From Oscillospiraceae bacterium (GTDB lineage: Bacteria > Bacillota > Clostridia > Oscillospirales > UBA929): a stretch of 64,000 nucleotides of DNA. The DNA is taken from the NCBI GenBank assembly GCA_009782215.1, contig WRKO01000008.1, positions 7,365 through 71,364 on the forward strand, given 5' to 3'. Positions within the stretch are counted from its first letter, which is position 1; the number at the start of each line of letters is the position of its first letter. Positions 10,755 to 20,437 of this stretch are shown in pieces. The notes beneath the pieces were generated by a model. It did no database searches and was not told the origin of the DNA. It was given only the letters and a program-made list of their open reading frames with translations. The translations under genes and the position numbers were made by a program.

Positions 10755-11609
10755 CTACTTTAGTTTGTTTGCAAAACGCCTCTCAATAGTCTCCGACAGC
10801 ATGTTGATACCGATTACAACGATAAGCAGAACCACAGCCGTGGCATACGCTTCATTGCGGTTATGCCCCTGACTGGATAGCTGGAGAACGTGCAGCGCCA
10901 GCGTCCTTCCCTGCGAAAATAAGTTTTCTGGAATTTTGATAACGCTGCCGATGGTGAATATCAAGGCTGCCGTTTCCCCGACAATCCGTCCCACGGCAAG
11001 GATAATCCCGGCAAAGATACCGGGCATGGCCGAGGGCAGAATGACGCGCCCGACCGTACGCAGCCGTCCCGCGCCAAGCCCGAACGCCCCTTCCCGGTAT
11101 GTGTCGGGAATGGACTTCAGGCTCTCCTCGGTCGTCCGCATGATGAGCGGGAGAATCATAATGGCAAGGGTACAGCAGCCGGTGAGGATGGATTTGCCCC
11201 AGCCCAGCCAAGACGCGAAAAATATGTACCCGAACAGCCCGAACACGATGGAGGGGATGCCCGCCAAGGTCTCGGTCGTCATGCGGATAACGCGCACAAG
11301 CCTGCTGCCGCGCGGCGCGTACTCCACCAGATAGATGGCGGTGAACACCCCGAACGGCACGGCAATCAGCAGCGTCAGGACGACCATGAGAAGGGTTGTG
11401 ACCAACGCGGGAAAGAGGGATTGGTTTTCGGTGGTGTATTCAACGGCAAACAGCGACGGCGTAAGGTGCGGGACGCCCTTCACCACAATAAAGCCGACCA
11501 AGTACAGCAAAACCGCCCCCGTGGCAAGACCGCAGCCCCACATTAACAGAAAGCGCACCCAATCCATCGGCTTTTTGCGCCGTAGCAGAATCATCGCGTT
11601 TTGTATCAT
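10755..11609 (-). CDS. pstA: phosphate ABC transporter permease PstA
   Basis: 284-aa six-TM permease with EAA-like loop ([15 protein letters not shown]). 4-nt overlap with the pstC stop. Confidence 0.9.
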   Translation of the reverse strand: MIQNAMILLRRKKPMDWVRFLLMWGCGLATGAVLLYLVGFIVVKGVPHLTPSLFAVEYTTENQSLFPALVTTLLMVVLTLLIAVPFGVFTAIYLVEYAPRGSRLVRVIRMTTETLAGIPSIVFGLFGYIFFASWLGWGKSILTGCCTLAIMILPLIMRTTEESLKSIPDTYREGAFGLGAGRLRTVGRVILPSAMPGIFAGIILAVGRIVGETAALIFTIGSVIKIPENLFSQGRTLALHVLQLSSQGHNRNEAYATAVVLLIVVIGINMLSETIERRFANKLK

Positions 11610-12532
11610 AATGCCGCCCCTTCCTTCGATAGATTGGGCGCGTTTTCCTTCCCCCGCCTTCGGCGGGGGAGGTCTCTGTTCAAGACGGAGAACAGCATGT
11701 TGATGATCAAGATAAAGACAAACAGCACAACCCCTGTGGCAATCAGCGCGCCGTTGTGCAGGCTGCCATGCTCCACATACCCCATTTCGGTCACGATGTT
11801 GGTCGTCAGGGTGCGGACGCCTTTGAGAAACTCATGCGGCAAGCGCAATACAGCTTGGTTTCCCGCCACCATCTTCACCGCCATGGTTTCCCCGATGGCC
11901 CGCCCCACGCCCAGCACGACGGCCGCCATGACGCCCGAACGGGCGGCGGGCAGGATGACCTTAAAAACAGCCCGCTCATGGCTTGCCCCCAGCGCGACCG
12001 CGCCCTCGTACAGCTCCTGCGGCACGGAACGCAGATTGGTTTCTGCGATGTTGATGACGGTCGGCAGAATCATCATCGCCAGCAGTATCGACGCGGCCAG
12101 CATACTGTCGCCGCTCATCATATCAAAGCGTTTGCCGAACAGCTCAAAAATCGCGGGAACCAAAACCATCATCCCGAAAAAGCCGTAAATGACGGACGGA
12201 ACGCCTGCCATAAGGTTGATGGCGGGCTTCAAAAAGCGGTAGAGGGGCTTGGGGCAGGATTTCGCCATAAAGAGCGCCGTAAACAGTCCAATCGGCACCC
12301 CCAGCAGAATGGCGCCGCCCGTTACATAGACGCTGCCCAGTATCATCGGGAGGATGCCGAAAATATCCTGCTTTGGCTTCCATTCTGTGCCGAACAGAAA
12401 TTTGAGCGGCCCGATTTCCATGATGGCCGGAAACCCCTGCGCGAATAAAAACAGGCAAATCAACGCCACCGCCAAAACAGACGCCAGCGCGGCGACTAAA
12501 AAGACGCCGCGCATGAGCCGTTCTCTCAACAT
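11606..12532 (-). CDS. pstC: phosphate ABC transporter permease PstC
   Basis: Start taken at ATG 12532 (MLRERLMRGVFLVAALA...), 1 nt from the pstS stop. The 50 upstream codons in the track ORF overlap pstS and are Ser/Pro-rich junk. Confidence 0.9.
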   Translation of the reverse strand: MLRERLMRGVFLVAALASVLAVALICLFLFAQGFPAIMEIGPLKFLFGTEWKPKQDIFGILPMILGSVYVTGGAILLGVPIGLFTALFMAKSCPKPLYRFLKPAINLMAGVPSVIYGFFGMMVLVPAIFELFGKRFDMMSGDSMLAASILLAMMILPTVINIAETNLRSVPQELYEGAVALGASHERAVFKVILPAARSGVMAAVVLGVGRAIGETMAVKMVAGNQAVLRLPHEFLKGVRTLTTNIVTEMGYVEHGSLHNGALIATGVVLFVFILIINMLFSVLNRDLPRRRRGKENAPNLSKEGAAL

Positions 12533-12533
12533 A

Positions 12534-13490
12534 TCAGTTGACCCCGGACCACCGGGTGATTTCGCCGGTAAAGATGGCTTTGATTTGTTCGATGGTGATG
12601 TTTTCAATGGGGTTTGCGGGGTTGACGATGACGGCGACGCCGTCAAGAGCAATGTTGATGTCCTCAAGGGCTTCCTTTTCATTGTCCCTCAGCGCTCTGC
12701 TGGACATCCCGATGTCGATGACGCCGCTGGTGGCTTCACTGATGCCGGTGCCGGAGCCGCCGCCGGAAATCTCAATGGTGACGCTGGGATTCAGATCTAT
12801 ATACGCCTGTCTTATGGACTGCATAAGGGGTTCGACCGAGGTGGAGCCGCCGACCTTCAGCGTTCCGGTCAAACCGGAGGGGGTATAGTCAGCGGCGGCG
12901 GCGTTTATGGCCGTCCACTTGGTGGCCGATATGGCCTGCCCTTGCGCTGAAAGCATAAAGGCGATAAAATCCTGCACCAGCTCGTCCCGCGCTTTTTCCT
13001 CGTTGACGCAGACCAGAAGCGGACGCTGTAACGTGTAGCTGCCGTCTAAGATGGTTGCGTTAGAGGGCGCCACGCCGTCAAGGGTCAAGGCTTTGACGCT
13101 GCTGCTGAGGGAGCCGACCGAGATGTAGCCGATGGCGTAGGGGTTTTCTTCCACCTTGGTCAGAATCTGATTGGTTTCGCTTTCGACGACGGCTTCCGCG
13201 TACATGTCCTCTCCAACGCCGGTCACACTGACAAAGGCGTCGCGCGTACCGCTTCCTTCTTCACGGGTGAACACGGCGATGACGCGGTCGGCGTCGAAAT
13301 CCGGGGCGGGAGAGGCTTGGGGGGGATCTTCCGGCGTATTTTGGGCGGCCGGTGAGCTTCCTGCGTCACGGTTGAGGTTGAGGTTGCTTTGGTCGTCCGG
13401 TGAGCTTGCGGGGGGAGACGAGTCCGCGCAGGCGGCAAAGAGCGCGAGCGTAAGTACCGCGATGAGCGCCAAAGAGATTGCTTTTTTCAT
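12534..13490 (-). CDS. pstS: phosphate ABC transporter substrate-binding lipoprotein PstS
   Basis: MKKAISLALIAVLTLALFAACADS lipobox. GSGTRD and GGGSGTG phosphate-binding motifs of PBP-like_2 proteins. AGGAGGAAG RBS. Confidence 0.9.
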   Translation of the reverse strand: MKKAISLALIAVLTLALFAACADSSPPASSPDDQSNLNLNRDAGSSPAAQNTPEDPPQASPAPDFDADRVIAVFTREEGSGTRDAFVSVTGVGEDMYAEAVVESETNQILTKVEENPYAIGYISVGSLSSSVKALTLDGVAPSNATILDGSYTLQRPLLVCVNEEKARDELVQDFIAFMLSAQGQAISATKWTAINAAAADYTPSGLTGTLKVGGSTSVEPLMQSIRQAYIDLNPSVTIEISGGGSGTGISEATSGVIDIGMSSRALRDNEKEALEDINIALDGVAVIVNPANPIENITIEQIKAIFTGEITRWSGVN

Positions 13491-13525
13491 GTTTTCTTCC
13501 TCCTAATTTTTTTGTTCTGAAGAGA

Positions 13526-13583
13526 ATCATACATGACGGAGGTAAAATCTAAGTACAGGTGCGTGTAAAATCTGTGTAAAATT
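13526..13583 (-). promoter_or_regulatory. pstS promoter with phased Pho-box-like direct repeats
   Basis: Read on the minus strand: ATTTTACAc, ATTTTACAc, (cCTGTACt), ATTTTACc at 11-12-bp spacing (+ strand GTAAAAT at 13542, 13565, 13576; GTACAGG at 13553). These abut a TATGAT -10 (13526-13531) with no good -35. This architecture resembles Bacillus PhoP TT(A/T/C)ACA repeats. Confidence 0.55.
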
Positions 13584-13727
13584 TTTTAAGCGGTCAGAAG
13601 GCGGCCCCCGCAATCAAAATATTGCAAATACAAACAAAAACTTATCAACATAAACAAACGGCGTGAGCGCACAATAGAAGAGCGCCGAAAAAGGCGCGGA
13701 ATCATGTTCTAGGAGTGACAAAATCTC

Positions 13728-13919
13728 ATGGCTAGAAACCAATATGTCGTACCCGAGGCGAAGGACGCGATGAATCGCTTTAAGATGGAAGCCGCCACCG
13801 ACGTGGGCGTCAACCTCAAAGCCGGTTACAACGGCGACCTGACTGCCCGCCAAGCCGGCAGCATCGGCGGCCAGATGGTTAAGAAAATGATCGAGAGCTA
13901 CGAGCGCGGTCACAAGTAA
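13728..13919 (+). CDS. alpha/beta-type small acid-soluble spore protein
   Basis: 63 aa. VPEAKDAMNRFKMEAATDVGV and LTARQAGSIGGQMVKKMIE are the two conserved SASP blocks. AGGAGTG RBS. Confidence 0.9.
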   Translation: MARNQYVVPEAKDAMNRFKMEAATDVGVNLKAGYNGDLTARQAGSIGGQMVKKMIESYERGHK

Positions 13920-13997
13920 GCGCGCCGTATCGCCAAGAGCGGGAGGGCCGGCGCGTAAAGCGCCCGCCCTCCTGTCCGGTTCAGCGCGTCGATATAC

Positions 13998-14026
13998 TTG
14001 CGCCCGGCCGGCCGGCGTGGTATAAT
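13998..14026 (+). promoter_or_regulatory. promoter of the dnaD-like gene (possible leaderless transcript)
   Basis: TTGCGC, 17 nt, TGgTATAAT (TATAAT 14021-14026). The ATG is at 14033, only 6 nt after the -10, and no RBS is present. Confidence 0.45.
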
Positions 14027-14032
14027 ACCTGC

Positions 14033-14878
14033 ATGGAACAGATGACGATGACCATCGAGGAACTGGATCGGCTGCTCGCCTTGGAGGACGGCGACGCGGC
14101 CTTGGTTTTTCTCTCCAACAAACGCGGGCGCGAGCCGATAATCGGCGAAACGCGGCTGCTGCAAGCGCGGAAAAAACTCGGCGGCGCCGGCCTGCTCCCG
14201 TCGTCCTACGCCGCGACCCCGTCATACAGCCAAAAAGAAATCGCCGACAGCAAGCTGACCGACCCGGGCTTTTGCACGGTGGTTGACGAAACGGAACGCC
14301 TGATGGGCAAGGCGCTCTCCCCGTCTGATTTGCAGATTCTGATGGGGATTCGGAAATGGCACGGGCTGCCGGGCAACGTCATCCTGCTGCTGCTCTATCA
14401 CTGCGAAGCGGAACAAAAAAGGCGCGGGAGAGCCTTAACAATGCGCATATTGGATAAAGAAGCGCATATTTGGGAGAAAGAAGGCGTCTTCACAATGGAG
14501 ACCGCCGAGCAGTACATAGAGCGAAAAGAGCGCTCGCGGAACCACACCTCCCGCGTGTTTTCCGCGCTGGGAATTTTTGATCGCGTACCGTCGCCGACCG
14601 AGAAAAAATTCGTCGCGTCATGGCTGGAAATGGGCTTTACCGTGGAAGCCATCGCAATGGCGTACGACAAAACGGTGGTCATCACCGGCGGGCTGGCTTG
14701 GCCGTACTGCGACAAAATCCTGCGCCGCTGGCACCAAAACGGCTGGCATACGCCCGGACAGATTGAAACCTACGATAAAAAACCCGCCGCGGGCAAGACC
14801 GAAGTGACGGGAAGCTACGATAGAAACCGAGAGGCGCTCAAGCGCATCATGGAGGAGGAATCAGGGCATGACGGCTGA
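14033..14878 (+). CDS. DnaD-domain replication initiation/membrane attachment protein
   Basis: 281 aa. Tandem DnaD-like repeats (LSPSDLQILMGIRKWHGLPGNVILLLLYHC ... FVASWLEMGFTVEAIAMAY). Overlaps the downstream DnaI-like gene. Confidence 0.75.
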   Translation: MEQMTMTIEELDRLLALEDGDAALVFLSNKRGREPIIGETRLLQARKKLGGAGLLPSSYAATPSYSQKEIADSKLTDPGFCTVVDETERLMGKALSPSDLQILMGIRKWHGLPGNVILLLLYHCEAEQKRRGRALTMRILDKEAHIWEKEGVFTMETAEQYIERKERSRNHTSRVFSALGIFDRVPSPTEKKFVASWLEMGFTVEAIAMAYDKTVVITGGLAWPYCDKILRRWHQNGWHTPGQIETYDKKPAAGKTEVTGSYDRNREALKRIMEEESGHDG

Positions 14879-15836
14879 CCGGCGTATTCTGGCAAAAGCC
14901 CGCCGTGAGTTTGACCGGGATGTTTGGGCGCATCGCCGCCGCCGTGAACAGTGGCGCGACCGGCTGTACGAGGAGGAACCGCGTCTGAAAGAGCTGGACG
15001 CGCAGATACAGCGCGTCTTTTTGGACGCGCTCGCCAACCTCTCGCCCGCCGCGATGGACGCCGCCGCCGCGAAGAGCTTGGATTTGCAGCGCGAGAAGGC
15101 GGGGCTGCTGGAGATGCTGGGCGCGCTGCCCGGCTCGCTGGACGACGCCCCGCTTTGCCCCGTCTGCCATGATTCCGGGTTTTCAGACGGCGAGCCGTGC
15201 GTTTGCATCAAAGAGCGTGTCCAAACGCTGCAAGCCGCCGAGCTGTCCGGCCTGCTGAATTTGCGCGGCCAGTCCTTTGACACGTTTGACGCCGGCATTT
15301 TCTCCGACGCCGTCGACCCGGGGCAGAACGGCTCTCCCCGCCAAAACATCGAGGAAATCCGCGACTTTTGCTACGCCTACTGCCGCAAGATACGCCCGCA
15401 ATCCAAAAACCTGCTCTTCTCAGGCCCGCCCGGAACGGGCAAAACCTTCCTCTCCGCGTGTATGGCGGGCGCCGCCGTTGAGCAGGGCTTTTCCGTGGTA
15501 TACGACACCGCCGTGCGGCAGTTGGCCAAAATGGAAGCGGTGCAGTTCGGGCGTGGCGGCGAGGACGCCGAAGCCGACGCCGAACGGCTGCGCGACTGTG
15601 ACTTCCTCATCATCGACGACCTAGGCGCCGAGTTTCTCACCGCCTTCACCCAAGCCGCGCTGCTGGACTTAATCAACACCCGCCTCATTTCCGGCAAAAA
15701 GACCCTTGCCAGCACCAACCTCACCCGCCCCGACCTCCGCGCCCGCTATTCCCCCGCGCTGGCAAGCCGCTTGGAAGGCGAGTTTTTATGGCTGGACTTC
15801 TTCGGCGCGGATTTGCGTCAACGTTCGGGAGGCTGA
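14868..15836 (+). CDS. DnaI/DnaC-like AAA+ helicase loader
   Basis: Zn-ribbon CPVCHDSGFSDGEPCVC, Walker A GPPGTGKTFL, Walker B FLIIDDLGAE. IstB/DnaC-like. Confidence 0.8.
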   Translation: MTADRRILAKARREFDRDVWAHRRRREQWRDRLYEEEPRLKELDAQIQRVFLDALANLSPAAMDAAAAKSLDLQREKAGLLEMLGALPGSLDDAPLCPVCHDSGFSDGEPCVCIKERVQTLQAAELSGLLNLRGQSFDTFDAGIFSDAVDPGQNGSPRQNIEEIRDFCYAYCRKIRPQSKNLLFSGPPGTGKTFLSACMAGAAVEQGFSVVYDTAVRQLAKMEAVQFGRGGEDAEADAERLRDCDFLIIDDLGAEFLTAFTQAALLDLINTRLISGKKTLASTNLTRPDLRARYSPALASRLEGEFLWLDFFGADLRQRSGG

Positions 15837-15852
15837 CCCGAAAGGATAAACA

Positions 15853-15876
15853 ATTCCCCGGCCGAAGCCGGGGAAT
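15853..15876. terminator. bidirectional hairpin between the dnaI-like gene and rpsT
   Basis: ATTCCCCGGC-CGAA-GCCGGGGAAT, a perfect 10-bp stem. Confidence 0.6.
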
Positions 15877-15906
15877 CTGCCTTATTGTCCGCCAAAAAGC
15901 GGGGAA

Positions 15907-16173
15907 TTAGCTTTCGATCTTCTTCAGTCCTTTAGCCAGACGGCTCTTGCGGCGGGCGGCTGTGTTTTTATGGAGCAGGCCCTTTGCGACGGCTTGGTCA
16001 ATGATCTTCTGCGCGTCATAATAGGCGGCTCCGGCTGCCTGCGCTTCTCCGTCGGCTGTAAGCGCGTCCACCTTTTTTATGGTTGTTCTCATTCTCGACT
16101 TTGCCATACGGTTTTGCGCCGTCTTTCTGGCGATGACCGACACCCGCTTCTTGGCGGACTTTATATTCGGCAA
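15907..16173 (-). CDS. rpsT: 30S ribosomal protein S20
   Basis: (M)PNIKSAKKRVSVIARKTAQNRMAKS. Start assigned to TTG 16173, preceded by GGAGGTGG at 8-nt spacing. The track ORF runs further upstream. Confidence 0.9.
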   Translation of the reverse strand: MPNIKSAKKRVSVIARKTAQNRMAKSRMRTTIKKVDALTADGEAQAAGAAYYDAQKIIDQAVAKGLLHKNTAARRKSRLAKGLKKIES

Positions 16174-16222
16174 GCCTACCACCTCCTTTTGTTTTGAATC
16201 TGTGCCAAGCGGCACGGATTAC

Positions 16223-16251
16223 AGCATACCACAGACATTCACGGATTGCAA
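16223..16251 (-). promoter_or_regulatory. rpsT promoter
   Basis: Minus strand: TTGCAA (16251-16246), 17 nt, TGgTATGCT (-10 at 16228-16223). Confidence 0.45.
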
Positions 16252-16281
16252 GAGTTTTTTTACGATTTCCAGAAAATTTCT

Positions 16282-18399
16282 TCACCGCTGCAAGCTGTTT
16301 TCTATCGGCTCGTTGGCCATTTCCTCCTGCAACCGGAAATAAATGTCCAGTATATCCCGCGCGATGAAGGCGATGGTGGAGCCTGCGCCGCCTTTTTCCA
16401 CCACCAGCGCGAGGGCAATCTGCGGGCTGTCATACGGCGCGTAGCAGACAAAGACGCCGTTGTTGGGCCTGTCGTCCACAATCTGCGCCGTCCCGGTCTT
16501 GCCCGCCACGGCAATGGGATAATCGCGGAAGACGGAATAGGCCGTGCCGCCAAACCGCGTCACCTCCAGCATCCCCTGCTGGAGCGCCCGGACGGTTGAC
16601 GGCGCCAAATCCGGGGAACTGAGGACTTCGGGCTGCGCGACGTAATATTCATAGCCGTAGTCAAAGCTGAGCGCCTCCTTGAGCAGATGCGCCCGGTTAA
16701 GCGTACCGCCGTTGGCGATGGCCGCCGTGTAATTGGCAAGCTGGAGCGGTGTGACTTGGTTGTTGTCCTGACCGATGGCGGAGGTGAGAGTGTTTCCGGG
16801 ATACCACGGGATGCCTAGAGCCAGAGAGGCTTCGGGCCCCGCGACCCACCCCAGCCGCGTCCGGGCGCCGCCCTCCAGCTCAAAGCCGGTGGGCAGACCC
16901 AAGCCGAACAGATGCGCCCAGCGCACGATTTCCTCAATGCCGGTGCGTCGCCCTATGTCGTAATAATAATAGTTGCAGGATACCTTCAGCGCCTCAACGG
17001 CGTCCACCCGCCCGTGCGAGCCGGGATAGATGTGGCACCGGGGCTGGGGAGCCATGTAGTGGGTATATATCCCCTCGTCAAAAATCCGCGTGCTTGCCGT
17101 CACCGTGCCGCTTTCCATCGCGGCGGCGCCCGTGACCATCTTAAAGGTCGAGCCCGGCGCGTAGGTGCCGAATATGGCGCGGTTGAACAGCGGACGCAGC
17201 GGGTCTTCGGCCAGCTCGCCGTATTCCTGCATAAAGGCTTGCGGGCTGTAGGTCGGGAAGTTGGCGGCGGCCAGCACCTCGCCCGTCCAAACGTCTATGA
17301 TAACGGCGGCGGCGGCCTCGGCCTCCAGCCCCCTCAGCTCAACGCCGGTGGCGTTCAGCGTGGCGACGCCGTCCGCCAGCGCGCGCTCAAGCGCTTCCTG
17401 CAAGCGTATATCAATCGTTAAGTATATGTGCTGCCCCGCCCGTGGCTGCCGCGTCACGGTCACGCCGACGACATGGCCGTGGCTGTTAAGCTCGTCTGTC
17501 CGCTCCCCGGCCAAGCCGCGCAGCCAAGACTCAAACGCCGCCTCCGCGCCCTCCACGCCGACCAGCTCGTCCCCCCTGTACCCCAGCTCCCGGTACGCCT
17601 GCATATCATCCTGTATCGGCCCAATTCGCCCAAGGAGATGCCCCGCGGCGGCGGTGCTGTACTCCCTCGCCGTCACCGGAACAATCTCAATGCCCGGATA
17701 CCCGCGCTCCGACACGCGCGACATCAAATCCATCGAAACATCCTGCGCGAACGTATAGGCCGGCACGTTGTGCAGATAGGGCGGAAACCCGGCGGCTTCA
17801 TAGCGCAAATCCAGCTCATACAGAACGCCGGCCGCCAGCCGCGCCTCATAGGCTGACATCAAAAGCCCCCCGGCGCCGCCCACCTCTCCGGTCATGCCGT
17901 ATTCGTCAAACAGCCTGTCCATCAGCTCCGCCGCGGTCAGAACGTCGGGCCAGCCCTTTTTCTCGAGGTAATAGGCTAGGTAACGCTCCTGCGCCTCCGT
18001 CATCTCGGTGTAACCGAAGGGCGGCGGCGTAACCGGAAGCAAAGGGGCGGCGTAGGGAACGCCGCAGGCCTGCGCGTCGCGGATGAGCGCGAGCGCGTAG
18101 CCGAACTCCCGCTCGTCAATATCGCGCTTCTCCCATCTCGGAATGAAAAACCCGAACGGGTCGAGCGTCATGTTAAACGAGAGCTTGTTGGTCGCCAGCG
18201 GGCGTCCGTAGCGGTCATAAATTTCGCCGCGCGCCGCGTGCAGGGTGACCGAGCGGGAGGTGATGCGCTCCTGCGTCTGGACAAAAACGTCGGCATGGAT
18301 AAACTGCAAGCCCAAAAGCCTTCCGCCCATCAGAAAGACCAGCCCGGCCGACATCAAGCCCAAGATAATGAGGCGTATGATCAGGTTTCTCTTCTCCAT
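16282..18399 (-). CDS. mrdA: penicillin-binding protein 2 (elongation-specific transpeptidase)
   Basis: N-terminal TM, PBP dimerisation domain, and transpeptidase motifs STFK, SCN and KTGTA. ATG 18399 (MEKRNLIIRLIILG) follows AAAGGAG. Lies downstream of mreCD. Confidence 0.9.
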   Translation of the reverse strand: MEKRNLIIRLIILGLMSAGLVFLMGGRLLGLQFIHADVFVQTQERITSRSVTLHAARGEIYDRYGRPLATNKLSFNMTLDPFGFFIPRWEKRDIDEREFGYALALIRDAQACGVPYAAPLLPVTPPPFGYTEMTEAQERYLAYYLEKKGWPDVLTAAELMDRLFDEYGMTGEVGGAGGLLMSAYEARLAAGVLYELDLRYEAAGFPPYLHNVPAYTFAQDVSMDLMSRVSERGYPGIEIVPVTAREYSTAAAGHLLGRIGPIQDDMQAYRELGYRGDELVGVEGAEAAFESWLRGLAGERTDELNSHGHVVGVTVTRQPRAGQHIYLTIDIRLQEALERALADGVATLNATGVELRGLEAEAAAAVIIDVWTGEVLAAANFPTYSPQAFMQEYGELAEDPLRPLFNRAIFGTYAPGSTFKMVTGAAAMESGTVTASTRIFDEGIYTHYMAPQPRCHIYPGSHGRVDAVEALKVSCNYYYYDIGRRTGIEEIVRWAHLFGLGLPTGFELEGGARTRLGWVAGPEASLALGIPWYPGNTLTSAIGQDNNQVTPLQLANYTAAIANGGTLNRAHLLKEALSFDYGYEYYVAQPEVLSSPDLAPSTVRALQQGMLEVTRFGGTAYSVFRDYPIAVAGKTGTAQIVDDRPNNGVFVCYAPYDSPQIALALVVEKGGAGSTIAFIARDILDIYFRLQEEMANEPIENSLQR

Positions 18400-18467
18400 G
18401 CCGAGCGCCGCTCCTTTCTGAGCTGTTCGTCCGTCTTTTCCGCCGGAGACGGGGCGTATAGATACGG

Positions 18468-18974
18468 TCAGTCGTTCGGAAAATGCTTCGCCACAGCGCG
18501 GAAGGCGGGGTAGACAAGCGGAACGCACAGAATTCCGGCCAGCATCCCCGGCAAACCGGCGCCGACAAACGCGCGCAGGGGAACGCCCCTCGCCGCGATT
18601 TGAAAAAAGAGGATATACGCGGATTCAATGACGAAAATCGAAACGGAGGACATCAAAAACGCCGGCCAAAAGGTCTTCTGCAGCACCCTTCCGCATAAAA
18701 ACCCCGTGACGGCCCCCGCGCCCATCATCGTCAGCGAAAAATACGCCTCCGTTCCCAAAAGCGCGTCGCACAGCAGCCCGCAGATAAAACCCGCCGCCGC
18801 GCCGCCGGCCGGGCCGGAAAACACCGCGAGCGAAATGACCGCCGCCACGGAAAGCATCGGGTTCGGCACGGCGCTTACGCGCGGGAACACCATCGCCTGC
18901 AAGATGACGGATAGAAGAAGGAGAACGGAAAAGCTCATCCATCTGGCCATCGCCGCGCGGGCTTGCGTCATCAT
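18468..18974 (-). CDS. mreD: rod shape-determining protein MreD
   Basis: 168-aa polytopic membrane protein directly after mreC, with typical MreD size and hydrophobic pattern. Confidence 0.8.
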   Translation of the reverse strand: MMTQARAAMARWMSFSVLLLLSVILQAMVFPRVSAVPNPMLSVAAVISLAVFSGPAGGAAAGFICGLLCDALLGTEAYFSLTMMGAGAVTGFLCGRVLQKTFWPAFLMSSVSIFVIESAYILFFQIAARGVPLRAFVGAGLPGMLAGILCVPLVYPAFRAVAKHFPND

Positions 18975-19025
18975 CCTCCACTCCTCACCCCGCGCCGCGC
19001 CGAACCCGGCCGCGGCGCTTTATGT

Positions 19026-19874
19026 TTACTCCGTATGAACATACTCCAATACGACAAACACCTGATTCACCGCGTCCAAGCGGGCCTCCGGGATTAGCTC
19101 GGCGTATTCGGTCTGCCCCGACATATCCGTCTGCACCGCCGCCACCGTGCCGATGGGCAGCCCCGGCGGATAAACGTCCCCCAAGCCGGAGGTCAGAATC
19201 AAATCGCCGTGCAGGATATCGGAACCCAAGGGCAGATAACTGAGCCTGAGCCGCCCATCGCGCATCAAACCCCATTCACCCTCGGCGATAGCGGTCTGCC
19301 CGGTGCGGCTGACCTTTGCCCCGGCCGACATCGTCGTGTCAATCACCGTTGTAACCACCGCCCAGCCCGCGCCGGCCTGCGTAACGACGCCGACCAGAAA
19401 CATCTCCGAAGAAATGACGCATTGCCCCACCTCGATGCCCGCCTCGCTGCCCTTGCTCAGCAGCAGCGTCCTCTCCCATTCCGACGGGTTGCGGGCGACC
19501 ACCGAAGCCATCTCAAGCTGCGTGAAGCCGCTCAGCTTGGGCTGCAAGCCCAAAAGCTCCCGCAAGAGGGCGTTTTCGTTCAGCACATCCTCCAGAGACC
19601 GCCGGTCTTCCAGTATCTGCGCCAGATAGACGCGTATCCGCTCATGCTCGGCGGACAGCTCGTCATATCGGTTCACCGCGTCCGACATACGGGTGAAATA
19701 GTCGTCAATCGAGCCAATCAGCCTATGCAGGGGCCGGAAAACGGTGTTGACGGCGCTGGAGACAGGGGAGACGCGCCCTTTGGTGAAAAAAGAGCTGACC
19801 GCCATCGACAGGGCCAGCAAGACCGCAGCCCCGGCAATAACCGCCCCTTTATGTTTTACGATAAATCTCAGCAC
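19026..19874 (-). CDS. mreC: rod shape-determining protein MreC
   Basis: N-terminal TM, coiled-coil (NENALLRELLGL), and beta-barrel region (GQCVISSEMFLVGVVT...GDLILTSGLGDVYPPGLPIG). Confidence 0.9.
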   Translation of the reverse strand: MLRFIVKHKGAVIAGAAVLLALSMAVSSFFTKGRVSPVSSAVNTVFRPLHRLIGSIDDYFTRMSDAVNRYDELSAEHERIRVYLAQILEDRRSLEDVLNENALLRELLGLQPKLSGFTQLEMASVVARNPSEWERTLLLSKGSEAGIEVGQCVISSEMFLVGVVTQAGAGWAVVTTVIDTTMSAGAKVSRTGQTAIAEGEWGLMRDGRLRLSYLPLGSDILHGDLILTSGLGDVYPPGLPIGTVAAVQTDMSGQTEYAELIPEARLDAVNQVFVVLEYVHTE

Positions 19875-20437
19875 AGCAAATCGACCCCGAACGACAACAG
19901 CATTTTAGACAGCAAACAGACCGGCAGCCCCATGACATTGTAAAAGTCTCCCTCCACGCGCTCAACCAGCAGCGCGCCGCGCTCCTGAATCCCGTAAGCG
20001 CCCGCCTTGTCCATCGGCTCGCCGGTGGCGACATAGGCGCGTATCTCCGCGCCGGTCAGAGCGCGCATGGTCACGCGGGTCAGCTCGGTGCGGGTGAGGA
20101 CACGCCCTTCCCGGATAACGGTCACGCCGGTGGCGACGGTGTGCGTCTGCCCGGAGAGAAGACGGAGCATCTCCGCCGCTTCCCCCTCATCTCTGGGTTT
20201 GCCCAAAACCGCGCCTCCGCATACCACCAGCGTATCGGCGGCAATGACCGCCGTTTCGAGGGGATGACGCGCCGCGACGGCTTTCGCCTTGCGCTCGGAC
20301 AAAACGGCGGCGGCTCCGGCGGACAATGCAACGGAATCCTCGTCGATATCGGGAGGGTCAATGACGCAATCCAGCCCGATACGCCGCGCCAGCTCAATCC
20401 GGCGGGGCGAGGAGGAGGCCAGCACAATCCCCATCAC
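19868..20437 (-). CDS. maf: Maf-family nucleoside triphosphate pyrophosphatase
   Basis: IVLASSSPRRIELARRIGL ... DKAGAYGIQE, the canonical Maf motifs. Confidence 0.9.
   Translation of the reverse strand: MMGIVLASSSPRRIELARRIGLDCVIDPPDIDEDSVALSAGAAAVLSERKAKAVAARHPLETAVIAADTLVVCGGAVLGKPRDEGEAAEMLRLLSGQTHTVATGVTVIREGRVLTRTELTRVTMRALTGAEIRAYVATGEPMDKAGAYGIQERGALLVERVEGDFYNVMGLPVCLLSKMLLSFGVDLLC

Noticed and set aside
12533-12682. 50-codon N-terminal extension of pstC
   Set aside because: It overlaps the pstS coding region and is Ser/Pro/Thr-rich. The ATG at 12532 gives a normal permease N-terminus abutting the pstS stop.
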